Counted from the stretch's first letter, positions 27,856-41,360 are shown. The stretch: 64,000 nucleotides of DNA from Octopus vulgaris (GCA_951406725.2 OX597815.1:142786001-142850000), one strand, 5' to 3'. Numbers and translations are program-made. Notes: a model not told the origin generated them from the sequence alone.

Positions 27856-27856
<1 letters not shown>
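27474..27856 (+). mobile_element. non-autonomous Helitron
   Basis: 5' A|TCTTTATATATAAG, subterminal hairpin cccgagcaacgccggg (27826-27841), and a CTAG-like end followed by T. Confidence 0.7.
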
Positions 27857-27897
<41 letters not shown>

Positions 27898-28008
27898 CCA
27901 TGATAGATCGTTAGCTACTACACACATTTTTTCTCTCCTTATATATATACACATCACACACGAGATATTTTTCTCTCCTTGTTTCTCTCCTTGTTTTTTC
28001 TGTGTCCC

Positions 28009-28042
28009 TTTCTGTAGAAGAGCGTAGGCTCGAAACGTAAAA
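28009..28042 (+). ncRNA. minimal hammerhead motif (core mutated to CUGUAGA) in PLE-terminus-like repeat
   Basis: ttt CTGTAGA a-gagc-gtag-gctc GAAA cg TA aaa. A homologous copy lies at 48099-48131 (-), and a truncated CTGACGAagagc at ~24503. Confidence 0.55.
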
Positions 28043-28128
28043 TACTTTTTTCTATTCCTGAGCGTTATACTAATACATCTGTTTGTTTTGTACACCACCT
28101 GTCTTCGTCTTTTGTTTTATTCGTAAAA

Positions 28129-28194
<66 letters not shown>

Positions 28195-29140
28195 TTTGAT
28201 AGGTTTCGGTCATTATTGGCCCAGGCCATGTCTAACTTAATAGCACCACCTGGTGAAGTCTTTCAAGTCAGAATTTGGGCACTATGGCCCAATCAAGTAG
28301 AGAGTTATTGTTTACAGAGACATATCCGGGTGTAGGGGGTTTATCCGGGATTTCTTGAAGGAATCTGTCCAAAGACTTCTTGAACCCTATAGGGTCAGTT
28401 TCTGTTTTAATGCGTTTTGGTGTAATGTTAAAGAGAGCGGGGCCAATTGAGGTGAAATAATTGTGCCGTATTGTTGTTATGAGATGAGAGTGCGATTTTT
28501 GTTTTGGGCGGATGGCACGGGGCCCAAGCCTTGGATGTACCTTAAAGGTGATGCCAACATCATTTGGGCAATGCTGATGGAATATTTTCCACATCATGCA
28601 GATGATGTAGCGCTCACGACGACGTTGGAGAGAATAAAGTTTTAGCTTTTCTACTCGACTCCAATAGTCGAGGCCTGTCATGCCATCTATCTTTTTTGTG
28701 ATTGCCCTTTGAGGTGCTTCAACTTTTATGATACCTTGTATTGTGTGGGGAGACCACAGTGGACAACAGTATTCAAGGTGGGGTCGGGCAAAAGTGGAGA
28801 AGAGAAGGATAATGGTGTGGATATCTCTCGACTGGAAAGTTCTGAGAATCCAGGAACACATTCTGCGGGCCATGTCAACTTTGGTGTTTATATGAGTGGC
28901 CCAGCTTATGTTGTTGTCCACAATTACTCCCAAGTCTCTGATGTTGTTGGACGCCGCGAGAGTTTCACCTGAAGGAAGGGAGTATGGGAGTTTCAGGGCA
29001 TCCTCTTTTCCAAAGTGGATTAACTCAAATTTATCCTCGTTCAGCAGCATATTGTTTTTTTCTGCCCATTGGATAACAGCCAGTAGATCTGACTGAAGGC
29101 ATGTCCGGTCACTCGCCTCATTTATGACCTTCTGTAGCTT
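28195..29140 (-). mobile_element. CR1-like LINE 3' fragment with uninterrupted 294 aa frame
   Basis: Motifs LQSDLLAVIQWAEKNNMLLNEDKFE, IRDLGVIVD, RPHLEYCCPLWSP and LYSLQRRRERYII. Confidence 0.92.
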
Positions 29141-29377
29141 AGAAAAAAACACTTTTTATCAATTCAAAATGAACAATTAAATTACACCATCTAGAAAATT
29201 ACATATAATAGAAATATTAAATATAAAATAACAATGACGCTTTATTTATTATTTTGCACATTACTTAATCATCGGTATATTATAGTTACTTTATATTTAA
29301 TATTTTTATTATATGTTATTTTCTAGGTGGTGTAATTTAATTTTTCATTTTGAATTGATAAAAGGTGGGTTTTTCTA

Positions 29378-29378
<1 letters not shown>
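29139..29378. repeat. ~240 bp fold-back palindrome of PLE 3'-terminus-like sequence
   Basis: Arms are ~29139-29233 and ~29284-29378. The arm sequence ggtgtaatttaatttttcattttgaattgataaaagg resembles 40365-40405, downstream of the PLE ORF. Confidence 0.8.
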
Positions 29379-29424
<46 letters not shown>

Positions 29425-29458
29425 TTTGTGAAATTTGATTTAGTATTTCTAAATTGAA

Positions 29459-29513
<55 letters not shown>

Positions 29514-29670
29514 TATATACACACAGTAAATGACTGAAACAAATAAAAGAATAAAAGTATACACACATAAGTATATGCATGTGTGTATGTATATATGAAT
29601 ATATGTATGTATGTACGTATGAATATATGTATGTATGTATGTATGTGTATATGAATGTATGTATGTATAT

Positions 29671-29773
29671 CATTATTCAGTTTTATTTCAGGATTTCTTG
29701 CTAATGGTGAAAGGGCCGGTTTCTAACTTAGATACAGGACTTCTTCATTAGAATTTCAACATCAACAACAGGG
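29671..29773 (-). repeat. ~105 bp interspersed repeat embedded in (TATG)n, with a decayed hammerhead-like core
   Basis: Homologous to 36845-36950 and 41864-41910. Minus strand reads gaaatt CTAATGA ... GAAA ccgg CC ctttc. Confidence 0.6.
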
Positions 29774-30845
29774 TATGTATGTATGTATGTATGTATGTAT
29801 GTATGTATGTATGTATGTATGTATGTATGTATGTATGTATATATGTGTATGTATGTATGTATGTGTATGTATGTATGTGTATGTATGTATGTATGTGTAT
29901 GTATGTATACGTCCAGCTTTGTATTTTTTGTCTTATGTCTGTCGTCTCATATATATTCTTCTATATCTAGTAATGCTCATATATACTTAAATAATAAACT
30001 TCTGGAAAGTTTAACAGTTCTAGTGATGGCTTAGATCTGTGTGTATGTAAGTATGCACAGGCAGAAACAGCCAGATACACACATTCATGCATGCATTTAT
30101 ACACACAGATGTGAACGCATATATGTGTTTGTGTATGCGTGTGTGTGTGTGTGTGCGGCGCCTACATATTCGCAAGTGTGCAAATGACGATCTCTAAATA
30201 CGTATATAAAAGTCTATTTCTTATTGTATGTATACGCGTAGAGATCTCTTTTTTTGTATCCCCTTAATTTTGTATTCAGAGTTTTATATTTTCTACACTA
30301 TTTACATCTGGATGTTGCTTGAGATGCACATCATTTCATTTTCCTGTTTTTGTTTCCCAATAAACGCCAACAATGAGTTTGTTCAGTCACCGCCCATATC
30401 ACTCTTATTTACCACATATATGCATTCAAACATAATTCATGAATAGACAAATACACACACACACACATACACACACTTCACGTGATCATTGATGATACGT
30501 ATTGAACTTGGATGTGTGTGTGTGTGTGCATTGTGTGTGCAAATGGTACGGAATGTGTATGCATTATGCATGTGAGAGATATACATGCACGCATGTACAC
30601 ACCCACGCATCCACATATCCACACACACACATGTATATGTCGATAGATACGTATGCATATATACGATTACCTTATTTCTTCATATGTATGTATGTAGCAA
30701 TATATATATATAATTTCATATATATATATATATATACATCTATATTTATATATATATATAATTTCATGTATATATATATATATATAATTTCATGTATATA
30801 TATATATATATATATATGTATATACATACATATATATATGTATAT

Positions 30846-30877
<32 letters not shown>

Positions 30878-30883
30878 GAATGA

Positions 30884-31606
30884 ATGAATGGAGTCAAACG
30901 AAGATGTTAACAAAATTCCTTTACTCTCGACATATGTTTCGAAGACAACATGTTTTCATTCCAAAGGAATAAAGGGTGCATTATGCAGTCTTCTCATCAG
31001 GAAAGAAAGGGAGCCTCTCTCGACAAAAAGACAAACAAAAAATTTCGATGACTGCCTACATGGTAAACAAAGCGATAATGAGTGTTTTTTTTAAAAAAAC
31101 CGTTAGAAGAATTGACGTCAAAGATAGATAGTAGGAAGAGAAGGGTTAAAGGAATAATAGGTAGGGAACAAGTGGAGAGGGAAGGGTACGTTGATTGAAA
31201 GAAGGCTTAGGAAAGAATTTCTCTATAGAAGTGGGGTGGACGTAAAGCTAATTGTTCAAACCACAGTGACTATCGTTATCATTTATATGAGTAGAATGTG
31301 TGTTTCTGCCAGTGTTTACTTTTGTATGATTTTTCTATGAATGTGTTTACTAGGGGAACCTTAGAGAAAAGAATATGGAAGAGTTCAGAGTTAACTCTGA
31401 ACTCTTTTTTTGTTAACATCTTCATTCGACTCCATTCTTTCATTTATTCATATACAACACACAAATTTCTGCACATGAACCCGGAGTTTCTACCCTTGAC
31501 AGGTCGCTTCAACCGTGTTTCTGACGTGAATTTGCTCCCTAGGTTTCGGTTAAACGAATTTTCCATGCTGACGATAAACATAGGATAATTCATTCACCTA
31601 CTTAAA
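30884..31606 (-). mobile_element. ~0.72 kb non-coding hammerhead-bearing element flanked by (TA)n (copy 1)
   Basis: Co-linear with 61731-62390 from one end to the other. No credible ORF. Confidence 0.75.
30918..31010 (-). ncRNA. type I hammerhead ribozyme with extended stem II
   Basis: Minus strand reads ctttc CTGATGA gaagac...gtcttc GAAA catatg TC gagag, giving a GUC triplet and a palindromic stem III. Confidence 0.85.
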
Positions 31607-33145
31607 TATATATATATATATATATATATTCAGTTAACATATTTTCTCGCTCTGCAACGCTCCTGGTATAATTTTGCATGCGTAATTGACATTGTTTACG
31701 GTAATTACGAAGTAACAATTTTAATAATGTTACTTCCTCAGTTTTAAATTATATAATTTTACTATGAACAACAAGGATATTTCTATATAAACATGTATGC
31801 AAATATGTGTATGTATATGTGCATTGATATATTGTGTTTAAGTAGTCTCTAAGTGACGAAGAGAAATATGTTAGAGTATTATCAATAACTGTAACGTTGC
31901 TTTTCATATTTTATTGAAAACTGTAGCTTCACAAAGCGTTCCTTTGGTCAGTTTCTCCTCTCCGTTCTTGAGACGATTTTGAAACGCGGAACATAAGAAA
32001 TATAATGGAAAGAAAACACTTTAAAATGCTTAGAGAACTATACACGAGAGGGAGGTGAGAGATTTGCCGTTTAGAGAAGAAAGAATACACATGTTGCAAA
32101 AGCGTAAGGAAGGAAACAATTGGTGTGTGTGTGTATACGTGTGTTTGTGTGTTTGTGTGTTTGTGTATGTGTGTGTGTGCGCGCGTACTTACACACGTGA
32201 TTGCTTCAGTAGTAAGTAATGCAGTTTTTGTTTGCATTACTTTTTAACTATCTTCGTATTTATGAGGAGGTGCCTGTATCTTTATATGTGAGCGCTCGTG
32301 TGTGTGTATATCTCTTTGTGCCTGTGTCTGTCCGTGTGTATGGGTGTTTATGTATATGTTTGTATTGGGAAATATATAATACATGCATAAAAGATAGAGA
32401 AAAGAAAAAAACAGCCGTAAAAAATGGTGAAATTTAATTATTAAACTCATAAAGGAAATGGAGAAAATATGTAAATTTAAATTATTATAACCCTAATGTA
32501 CAAATAAAATAATACTAAAAATGAGGAATCAATAAAATTTTCTTAAAGTGTGGCGGTGAAATGGTTACGCATGTACGGAAAATAGAATTGTTTGTTGCTC
32601 TTTTTTACCGTGGAGATTATTCGTGAAGCAATAAATAGCTGCCAACAAATATTTAGCATGGTATGAACAGGTTGCTTTTCATTTGAATCTTACGCTTGAC
32701 GTCCGATAGTCTTAGACACAGTTTACACCAAATTTTCGAATGCAAGATTCTAAGATTTTGAGCTACTGGATATTCTATGCTCTGCGATATCGTAAATAAT
32801 TCGTTTAACAATCAGATATGCATGGGCAAATTGACAGGAAAAAAAACAATTGTTAGGAGCAATAGAATTATGTGCAAATTTACCAGTGTTGATCTAATAA
32901 ACTGCGGAAGCGAAAATTTTGAAGCAAAAATAGCAAAATTATATTAATCTTATCAATACCTAAAGATAGTTAAGTTCTGCTAGAAAAAAGTAAATGGAGA
33001 GAAATCGAGAGAACTCTGGGATTCTGGTTAAACTTTGACTTGATTTCTACCCTAAGATATTTCTTTGTCACCTCTTTCCATTTGGACACTAGGCCAGATT
33101 ACATACGTACGTACATACAGACACACACACAAACACAAACAATCA

Positions 33146-33210
<65 letters not shown>

Positions 33211-33363
33211 ATATATACATAAATATACATATACATATATATACATATATATATGTATATATATGTATATATATTAAACTATGAATATAATAGACCTTAC
33301 TGCTCGTATTTTTGACCTCGTGTTAAGATATGGCGTGCAGTTCGATAAATTATATTTTTGACG

Positions 33364-33443
33364 GACTCCACTGATGATCCGCAAATTAATTGTGTAAGTA
33401 AAAATTGAATAAGTTATTAACAGTGAAACAGTTGTATGGGGTT
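33364..33443 (+). ncRNA. type I hammerhead ribozyme motif, stem II poorly paired
   Basis: gactcca CTGATGA [~45 nt] GAAA cagttg TA tggggtt: 7 bp stem I with wobbles. It lies in a ~300 bp island between (TA)n tracts. Confidence 0.65.
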
Positions 33444-33565
33444 AATCTATATTTTTGTTATTTTTCATTTGTCCTGCTCGCTTACGTTCATAGTGAGCAA
33501 AATTTTTCTTGAGAACAATTTTTAGTGGTTAGTGTAAGGGCGTCCACTTTAGTGGATTCTCTCTC

Positions 33566-33597
<32 letters not shown>

Positions 33598-34250
33598 TGT
33601 CGTATTAGTTAAGGGAGACCACACACTTATAAATATATAAATATACGTAGACACGTTGGCACTTGTTACTAGTACTTTTACTAAAATTGCATGTTTCTCA
33701 TTGGTTCTATGATGAATTTCATTGACCTACCTGTTTCATTCTTCTGTTCATTATTTGCACTTGTTCCACGTCCCTTCACCTTGATCCAGCACTAACAAAT
33801 TTCTCAATACATTTCTCCCCATGACATCAACTTTCTCGCATACTTTTGGCAAATATTTTTTCCATACACATATCAACTTACAGATATTCAAACTGAACGA
33901 TAACAGTATCAGTCGCATAAGTCTTTATATCAGTGCTTCTTCTGTCCTCAGGAACGCTACAAAACAACAGCAATGCCATATTTAAGAGAAGCAGCAGTTA
34001 GTAATTTCGCATATACGCTATATATGATGTCATTTCACTCGCACACACGAGCGCATATTCATGTGAGTGTGCGTGAAGTTACATTTTATATACTATTAAG
34101 TAAAAGCTTCAGTAACTCCCAGCTCAAGTTATCAACTTTAAAAATACAGGAATATACAAACTTTTCTTTACGTAGCACTGTTTTCCTTTCATGAATATGT
34201 ACATACATAAATAAGTACATTCATACATATACACGTATGTATGTACGACT

Positions 34251-34300
<50 letters not shown>

Positions 34301-34400
34301 TATATAAGTATATATATATACTTGCGCGTTTACTTATGTACATGTATGTGTGTATGCGTATGTCTATGTGTATGTATGTACGTATGCATATGCACATAAT

Positions 34401-34454
<54 letters not shown>

Positions 34455-34502
34455 ATATGTATATATGTATATTTTGTGCATATGCATACGTACATACATA
34501 TA

Positions 34503-34577
<75 letters not shown>

Positions 34578-34658
34578 ATATGTATATATGTATATTTTGT
34601 GCATATGCATACGTACATACATACATATATATATATATAGATATATATATATATACAT

Positions 34659-34719
<61 letters not shown>

Positions 34720-35571
34720 TTTATGAATAGAAGAGACTGAATAAGTTATAGGAATAACAAATGCATTTCAAAGTAGAGAATGTAGTAAATATGATTGACA
34801 AGTATATTAATGGGAGAAAAGCAGATAAAACGAATGAGAATTATTGAAGATAAGATAGAAACTTACGTCAGGTCTTGTTATTGATTTTTGTTCGCAAACC
34901 CTTTCTGTCCATATAACACAGTGGTATTGATGAGACAAACACAATTGATGGCAGAAATGGAGATATAAACCATTGGCATTGAGCATTTATCAGAGATGAA
35001 TAATGGAGAATCTATTAATCTTCACATTGATGTTGAGAATTTCTATTGAACAGTGAACAAGTCGACCTTTTTTACCTTCCATTTGTGATATCGACGGCAG
35101 TCGTTGATGACATAAGGCTGTTGTTCCTGGCTATGCTGGCCGAGGTGGCGGTGGCTGTGGTTAGGGCAGTGACGATGATGATGATGATGAAGAGGAGGAC
35201 GACGACGACGATGATGACAACCACGGCCACGACCACGAGGAAACAATTCTGTATCTTACGGCTATGACTGGAGAATCATTCATTACTCGTGTATGTAGAA
35301 GTGATCTTTTGGCTAGACAACACAGAGAAAAGATGATAATAAAATACCCTTGCATTCCAATAAATTTGCAAAAGCTTTTAATCTTCCTTTAAACGCTGCA
35401 AGTGATGAGATTCTCAAATTGTTGTTGAGACATAGACCATGCTTTATTTTGACGTTATATTTTTCAGCTTATATTTTCTCATAACATATTTCACGTAAAC
35501 AAAAGCCAAGAAATGGTTTCCTTCCAATAAAAGTCAGGTACAGGGGTGATATTTTGAGGGATGTACACACA

Positions 35572-35652
<81 letters not shown>

Positions 35653-35798
35653 GTATCATGGTATCAACCAGCATATCGGATGTTGTTATACATCGCTGGT
35701 CATAATGAACTGGGAGACAAACACATGATCTACCGATCGTGAGTGCAATAGCCTTACCACTAGGTAAGAGTATTGCACATACACACACACATAAATTC

Positions 35799-35846
<48 letters not shown>

Positions 35847-35878
35847 GTATGTACGTATGTATACATACACACTCTAAT

Positions 35879-36297
35879 ACTCTTTTACTTATTTCAGTCA
35901 TTTGACTGCAGCCATGGAGCACCGCCCTTAGTCGAGCAAACTAACCCCAGGACGTATTCTTTGCGAGCCTAGCACTTATTCCATCGGCCTCATTTGCCGA
36001 ACCACCAAGTTACGGGGACGCAAACACACCAGCATCGGCTGTCAAGTGATGTTGGGGAGACAGACACATATACACAAACATACACAGACACCACACACAC
36101 AAATACACACACACACACACACATATATATATACATATATATGACGGGCTTCTTTCAGTTTCTCTCTACCAAATTCACTCAGAAGGCTTTGGGCGACCCG
36201 AGGCTATAGTAGAAGACACTTCCCCAAGGTGCCACGCAGTGGGACTGAACCCTGAATCCTGTGGCTGGTAAGCAAGATACTTACCACACAGCCACAT
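35879..36297 (-). mobile_element. full-length CORE-type SINE
   Basis: Same head, core and tail as 13240-13640. Confidence 0.9.
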
Positions 36298-36391
36298 GCA
36301 TAAATAAATAAATACATACATACATACATACATACATACATACATACATACATACATACATACATACATACATACATACATACCCACATAC

Positions 36392-36563
36392 AGGCGTAGG
36401 AGTGGCTGTGTGGTAAGTAGCTTGTTTACCAACCACATGGTTCTGGGTTCAGTCCCACTGAGTGGCGCCTTGGGCAAGTGTCTTCTACTATAGCCTCGGG
36501 CCGACCAAAGCCTTGTGAGTAGATTTGGTAGACGGAAACTGAAAGAAGCCCGTCGTATATATG

Positions 36564-36615
<52 letters not shown>

Positions 36616-36819
36616 TGTATCTGTGTCTGTCCCCCTAACATTGCTCGATAACCGGGTGTGTTTATGTCTCCGTTACTTAGCGGTTCGGCAAAAGAGACCG
36701 ATAGAATAAGTACCGGGCTTACAAAAGAATAAGTCCCAGGGTCGAGTTGCTCGATTAAAAGGCGGTGCTCCAGCATGGCCGCAGTCAAATGACTGAAACA
36801 AGTAAAAGAGTAAAAGAGA
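36392..36819 (+). mobile_element. full-length CORE-type SINE
   Basis: ggcgtaggagtggctgtgtggtaag...gggttcagtccc...ccttgggcaagtgtctt...ggcggtgctccagcatggccgcagtcaaatgactgaaacaagtaaaagagtaaaagag. Confidence 0.92.
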
Positions 36820-36961
36820 TACTACATACATGCATACAAAAATTCCCTGTTGTTGATGTTGAAATTCTAATAAAGATGCCTTAGATCTAGATTAGAAACA
36901 GGCACGTTTGCTATTGGAAAGAAATCTTCAGACAAAACTGACCAATGACACACATATATAC

Positions 36962-37435
36962 ATAGGGTGTTCAGGTTAAATGAGACTATTTTCACACAAG
37001 TAAACACGACGGTATCCTATCTAATAATAATAATATTTTAACCATCTATTTTAACCTCAACTCACACCACGGCTTCCACACGGCTTCGGAGTCTGGTACA
37101 TGCAACCCTCAGAGTGTTCTTGGGAAGGTCCTTGAATACTTCATCGACCTTGGCCAATAGCTCAGCCTTGCTTCCGAAATCAAAGCAGTTGATGTTTTTC
37201 TAACCTGCACCTCACCCATATTAGTCCTTGGGGCCATAATCGGAAGCGGAGGACTTTGGAGGCTGGTGAATTAGAACTTATGAGCTATTTCTGAATTTTT
37301 TCGGAGGTATGGCCAGGGACCGAATCCTGCTACCGAATATATGGCCTTCCACCAGCAACCGGTACCACCAACGTTTGACCTCAGTTTCTAGCAGCTTCAC
37401 TCAGCCGTCTGAAATGAGCTTCAGACCCTGTTCAT
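36962..37435 (-). mobile_element. Tc1/mariner-superfamily (DD37D-like) transposase C-terminal remnant
   Basis: Minus strand gives RPYI..QDSVPGHTS and KAELLAKVDEVFKDLPKNTLRVACTRLRSRVEAVV. The left end tagggtgttcagg looks like a TIR. Confidence 0.6.
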
Positions 37436-37458
37436 GAGTTATTGAATGAATTCAAACA

Positions 37459-37631
37459 CAGTCAGTACGAGCACAGTTAGGACGTGTGATATGTCCCTTC
37501 TAATTGGGCATGTTTTGCAGTCTGTGTTGCATCTCTCCGTGTTACAGTGAGTACAAGCACAGTTAGGACGTGTGATATGTCCCTTCTAATTGGGCATGTT
37601 TTGTAGTCTGTGTTGCATCTCTTCGTGTCAC
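37459..37631. repeat. tandem duplication of an ~87 bp unit
   Basis: agcacagttaggacgtgtgatatgtcccttctaattgggcatgttttg..gtctgtgttgcatctct occurs twice. Confidence 0.9.
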
Positions 37632-38055
37632 GTCTTACAGTCTTTACAGTGTTATAGTCATGATTTCAGCATTTTGATACCTGACATCATGATGCAAGTA
37701 ACGATTTTCCTAAATCTCAGGGGGCCTCCAATCCTCCATGTCATCCGGCCTTTTCTCCAGTAGAAATTTAATCTACAATGCCATTCAGTGTTAAAAGAAA
37801 GTATGAAAATTTTTCTTAAAAGAAAGGAAACAAAAACTTTCAAATTTAGCCAGAACACTTTGTATAAATATTACGGCGAGTTACTCTAAGAAAATACCTT
37901 AATTAATTATAAGACTTCCGATTTAAATGATCAGGTAGCGTTTCTTATTTTCGTTAAGCAATAGGAGAAGTAAAAAGACAGTTTCGATGTGCATATGTAT
38001 ATGTATGTATATACATACAAAATATATATATATATATATACATGCATAAATGTGT

Positions 38056-38117
<62 letters not shown>

Positions 38118-38129
38118 GCATAAATGTGT

Positions 38130-38179
<50 letters not shown>

Positions 38180-38183
<4 letters not shown>

Positions 38184-40199
38184 CCCACTTCACCCCTTAC
38201 AAGGGAAGTGACAAACACCTTGACACATACATAGAAACAATATCCAAATTCCCTCTTCACACACACAAATGCAAACAGAATCTCCGCAGAGAAGAAAAGC
38301 AAGCCCTACAAAAACTGAAAAATGACAAATCAATCGTTATAAAAGAAGCTGACAAAGGTGGAGCAATAGTAATTATGGACACAGATTACTACAAAGAAAA
38401 AGATACTAGAGTTACTGAACAACCAGACATATTACAAAGAGGAACCAACACCACCGGAGAAAACAACAATAAGAAAAATTAGAACTTTAGTCAATGAATA
38501 TCAGGACTCCTTTACAGATAAGGAGGAAGATTATCTATGCAACTCACAAACCAAAGAAAGCAACTTTTATGGATTACCTAAAATTCATAAAAGCTCGGAA
38601 ATACAGAGAGCCATAAAGGAACAGAAGAACCACTACATAAGAGTACAAAGACCTGCAAACCTCACGATGAGACCAATAGTGGCAGGACCCCAGGCACCAA
38701 CACAACAACTAACCCACTTCATAGATATACTCCTCAAACCTCTATGCCCACATATTCCAAGCTACATAAGGGATGACATAGACTTCCTCACACACAATTC
38801 CAAATACAGTCCCGAAAAACACCATACTTGCAAGCTTTGATGTCACAAATCTATACACAAACATACCACACACCCTAGGTCTAGAAGCTATAAAACAATC
38901 AATAGAAAAATACAGAGAACTTATAGACGAACGCTTCAAGACAAACTTTATCACCCAAGCCACCCAACTAATACGAGAAGAAAACACATTCTCATTCAAC
39001 AACAAGACATACCAACAGATAAAAGGCACGGCTATGGGTACAAAATTCGCACCTTCATATGCCAACCTGGTGATGGGCTTCCTGGAGAAAAAACTATATG
39101 ACGAAATAGGGAAAGTCTTCGAACACGACATCAAGAAAAAGTGGAAACGCTACCTCGATGACTGTTTCATCTTTTGGAACAGATCAGAAGAGGACCTACA
39201 AACATTCCACAACATCCTCAATACGCTGCACCCATCTATCAATTTCACAATAGATACCAGCCACAACGAACTTCCCTTCCTAGACATCAACATCAAAATA
39301 CACAACTCCATCGTCACAACAGACATCCACTACAAAAAAACTGACACACATCAATACTTAAATTTCCACTCTTGCCACCCATCCCACACAAAAAGAAACA
39401 TCCCATATAGTATGGCACGACGAATATGTAGCATAGTAACTGATTCACAAATACGATTAATAAGACTAGATGAACTCAAAAGCTTCCTCCTAGAGCAAAA
39501 ATACCCCCTTAAACTAATAGAAAATGGAATCACAAGAGCATTAAAACTAGACATCACACAACTCAGGACACCCAAAACAAAAAACAAAGAAAACACTATC
39601 CCTTTTATAAACACACACAACCCTGGAGTTACCAACATCTTCCAAACCATACATTCAAACCTACCTTACAGAGCCCCAAAATGAAAAACATATTAAACAA
39701 ATATAGCATAAAAAACAGTAGACGACAGGACAAAAACCTAAAAAAACACCTAACAAGAGCGAAATTCTCTTCAGAAACTAAAACGGAATTCTTTGCAAAA
39801 GAGTGCGGAGATGGTAGATGTGGGACCTGCAGCAACCCCACCTACAAATACATAGAGAGCAACAGAGAGATAAGATTTAAAAATGGTGTCATATTCAAAG
39901 TAAATGCAGATATGAACTGCAAGACGCAGAACGTCATATACTGCATAACCTGCCCCACGTGCAAGGAGAATTACGTAGGTGAAACTGGTAATTCTTTGTG
40001 CCAGCGAGCCAGGATCCACCGACAACATATTCGGCAGGAAGAACTACGCAAAATACCACTAAGCACACACCTAGCTACATGTGGAGAAGGAAAATTTAAG
40101 ATATTTCCCTTCTACAAGTGTCCGAAGAACGACACCCCCTTCAGGAGGAATATGGAAAAACATTTCATAGCTAAGTTCTCCCCCAAATTAAATGGCTGA
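38180..40199 (+). pseudogene. PLE RT + GIY-YIG endonuclease with ~3 frameshifts
   Basis: Motifs [86 protein letters not shown] and VIYCITCPTCKENYVGETG. Confidence 0.93.
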
Positions 40200-41025
40200 A
40201 ACTTTACTCAACATACATTGAAGGACAAATCTGTGTGTGTGTAGATGTGTGTATTGCCTGTTATATACATCATATTATATTATTATCTTTATAATTCACT
40301 TCCATCTTTACCTTTTAATTGTCACTTTAATTTTAACTTTCCTATGATATACAATTTTCAAGATGGTATAATTTGGTTGTTCATTTTGAACCGATAAAAA
40401 GGTTTTTTCAAATATTTTATGTATAAGTCTGTGTGTGTGTATATATATGTGTTGGTATAAATATCAACACACAAAAATATTTTTTCTTCTCCACTTCCTC
40501 CCTTATTTTTATTTTTATTTTAATTTTTAATTTTTTATTTTTTTATATTTTTATTTATTCTTTATATTTTTTTATTTTTTATTTTTTTATTTTCATATTT
40601 CTATATTTTTTAATTTTTTTATTTTTATTATTATTATTTTTATTTTCCCTTTTCTCTTTTTGTCTCTCTCCCCTTCTCCAAACACACAGACACACACACA
40701 CACACACATACACACACACACACACACACACCTCCACAGAATGATCATAGAAAGTGTGACCCCAAATGACATTTGCCAGGCCAACCTACGCACAACACAC
40801 ACTCAGTGACATCAAAATGGACGGCCAAAGTTCTTATAAAGGAGGTCCAGCAGACCAACGGAAATAACACTTCTTCACTCTCAGATATAAACGCACACAC
40901 ACACACACGCACACACACATATACACACACACACACACATACACATACACACATGTTTTCTCTGTCTCACTTCCTCCTCACCCACTACTACGAAACTATA
41001 AAATGTTCAAACTCCCCACAACTGA

Positions 41026-41070
41026 TTTGATTTGAAAAGCCCACTAGAATGGGAGAAAGCGCTAATCCGA
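41026..41070 (+). ncRNA. minimal hammerhead variant (U3-A8 core)
   Basis: tttgat TTGAAAA g-ccca-ctagaa-tggg-a GAAA gcgc TA atccga, with palindromic stem III agcgct. Confidence 0.7.
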
Positions 41071-41155
41071 ATGATATGATATGATATATATGTAAAAAAT
41101 GTAATATATAAATAAATATCTACAAATATGAACCATCTGATCTGATTACCTCATT

Positions 41156-41215
<60 letters not shown>

Positions 41216-41256
41216 TACATACATACATATATATGTGTGTGTGTTTGTGTGTGTAC

Positions 41257-41360
<104 letters not shown>

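Larger units (their letters stand above)
38180..41150 (+). mobile_element. Neptune-like Penelope element, 5'-truncated, young
   Basis: Starts right after (TA)n. ORF runs to 40199, followed by a 3' region with a hammerhead at 41026, and ends in (TA)n. Confidence 0.85.

Noticed and set aside
36392-36465. tRNA-like sequence with A and B boxes
   Set aside because: It is a SINE head and does not form a complete cloverleaf, so it is not a tRNA gene.
36770-36805. SINE tail cagtc-aaat-gactg-aaac looks like hammerhead stem II + GAAA
   Set aside because: There is no upstream core or stem III. It is better explained as the LINE-recognition stem-loop.
37459-37631. Repeat-spacer (CRISPR-like) arrangement
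   Set aside because: It is a plain two-unit tandem duplication with no spacers, in eukaryotic DNA.
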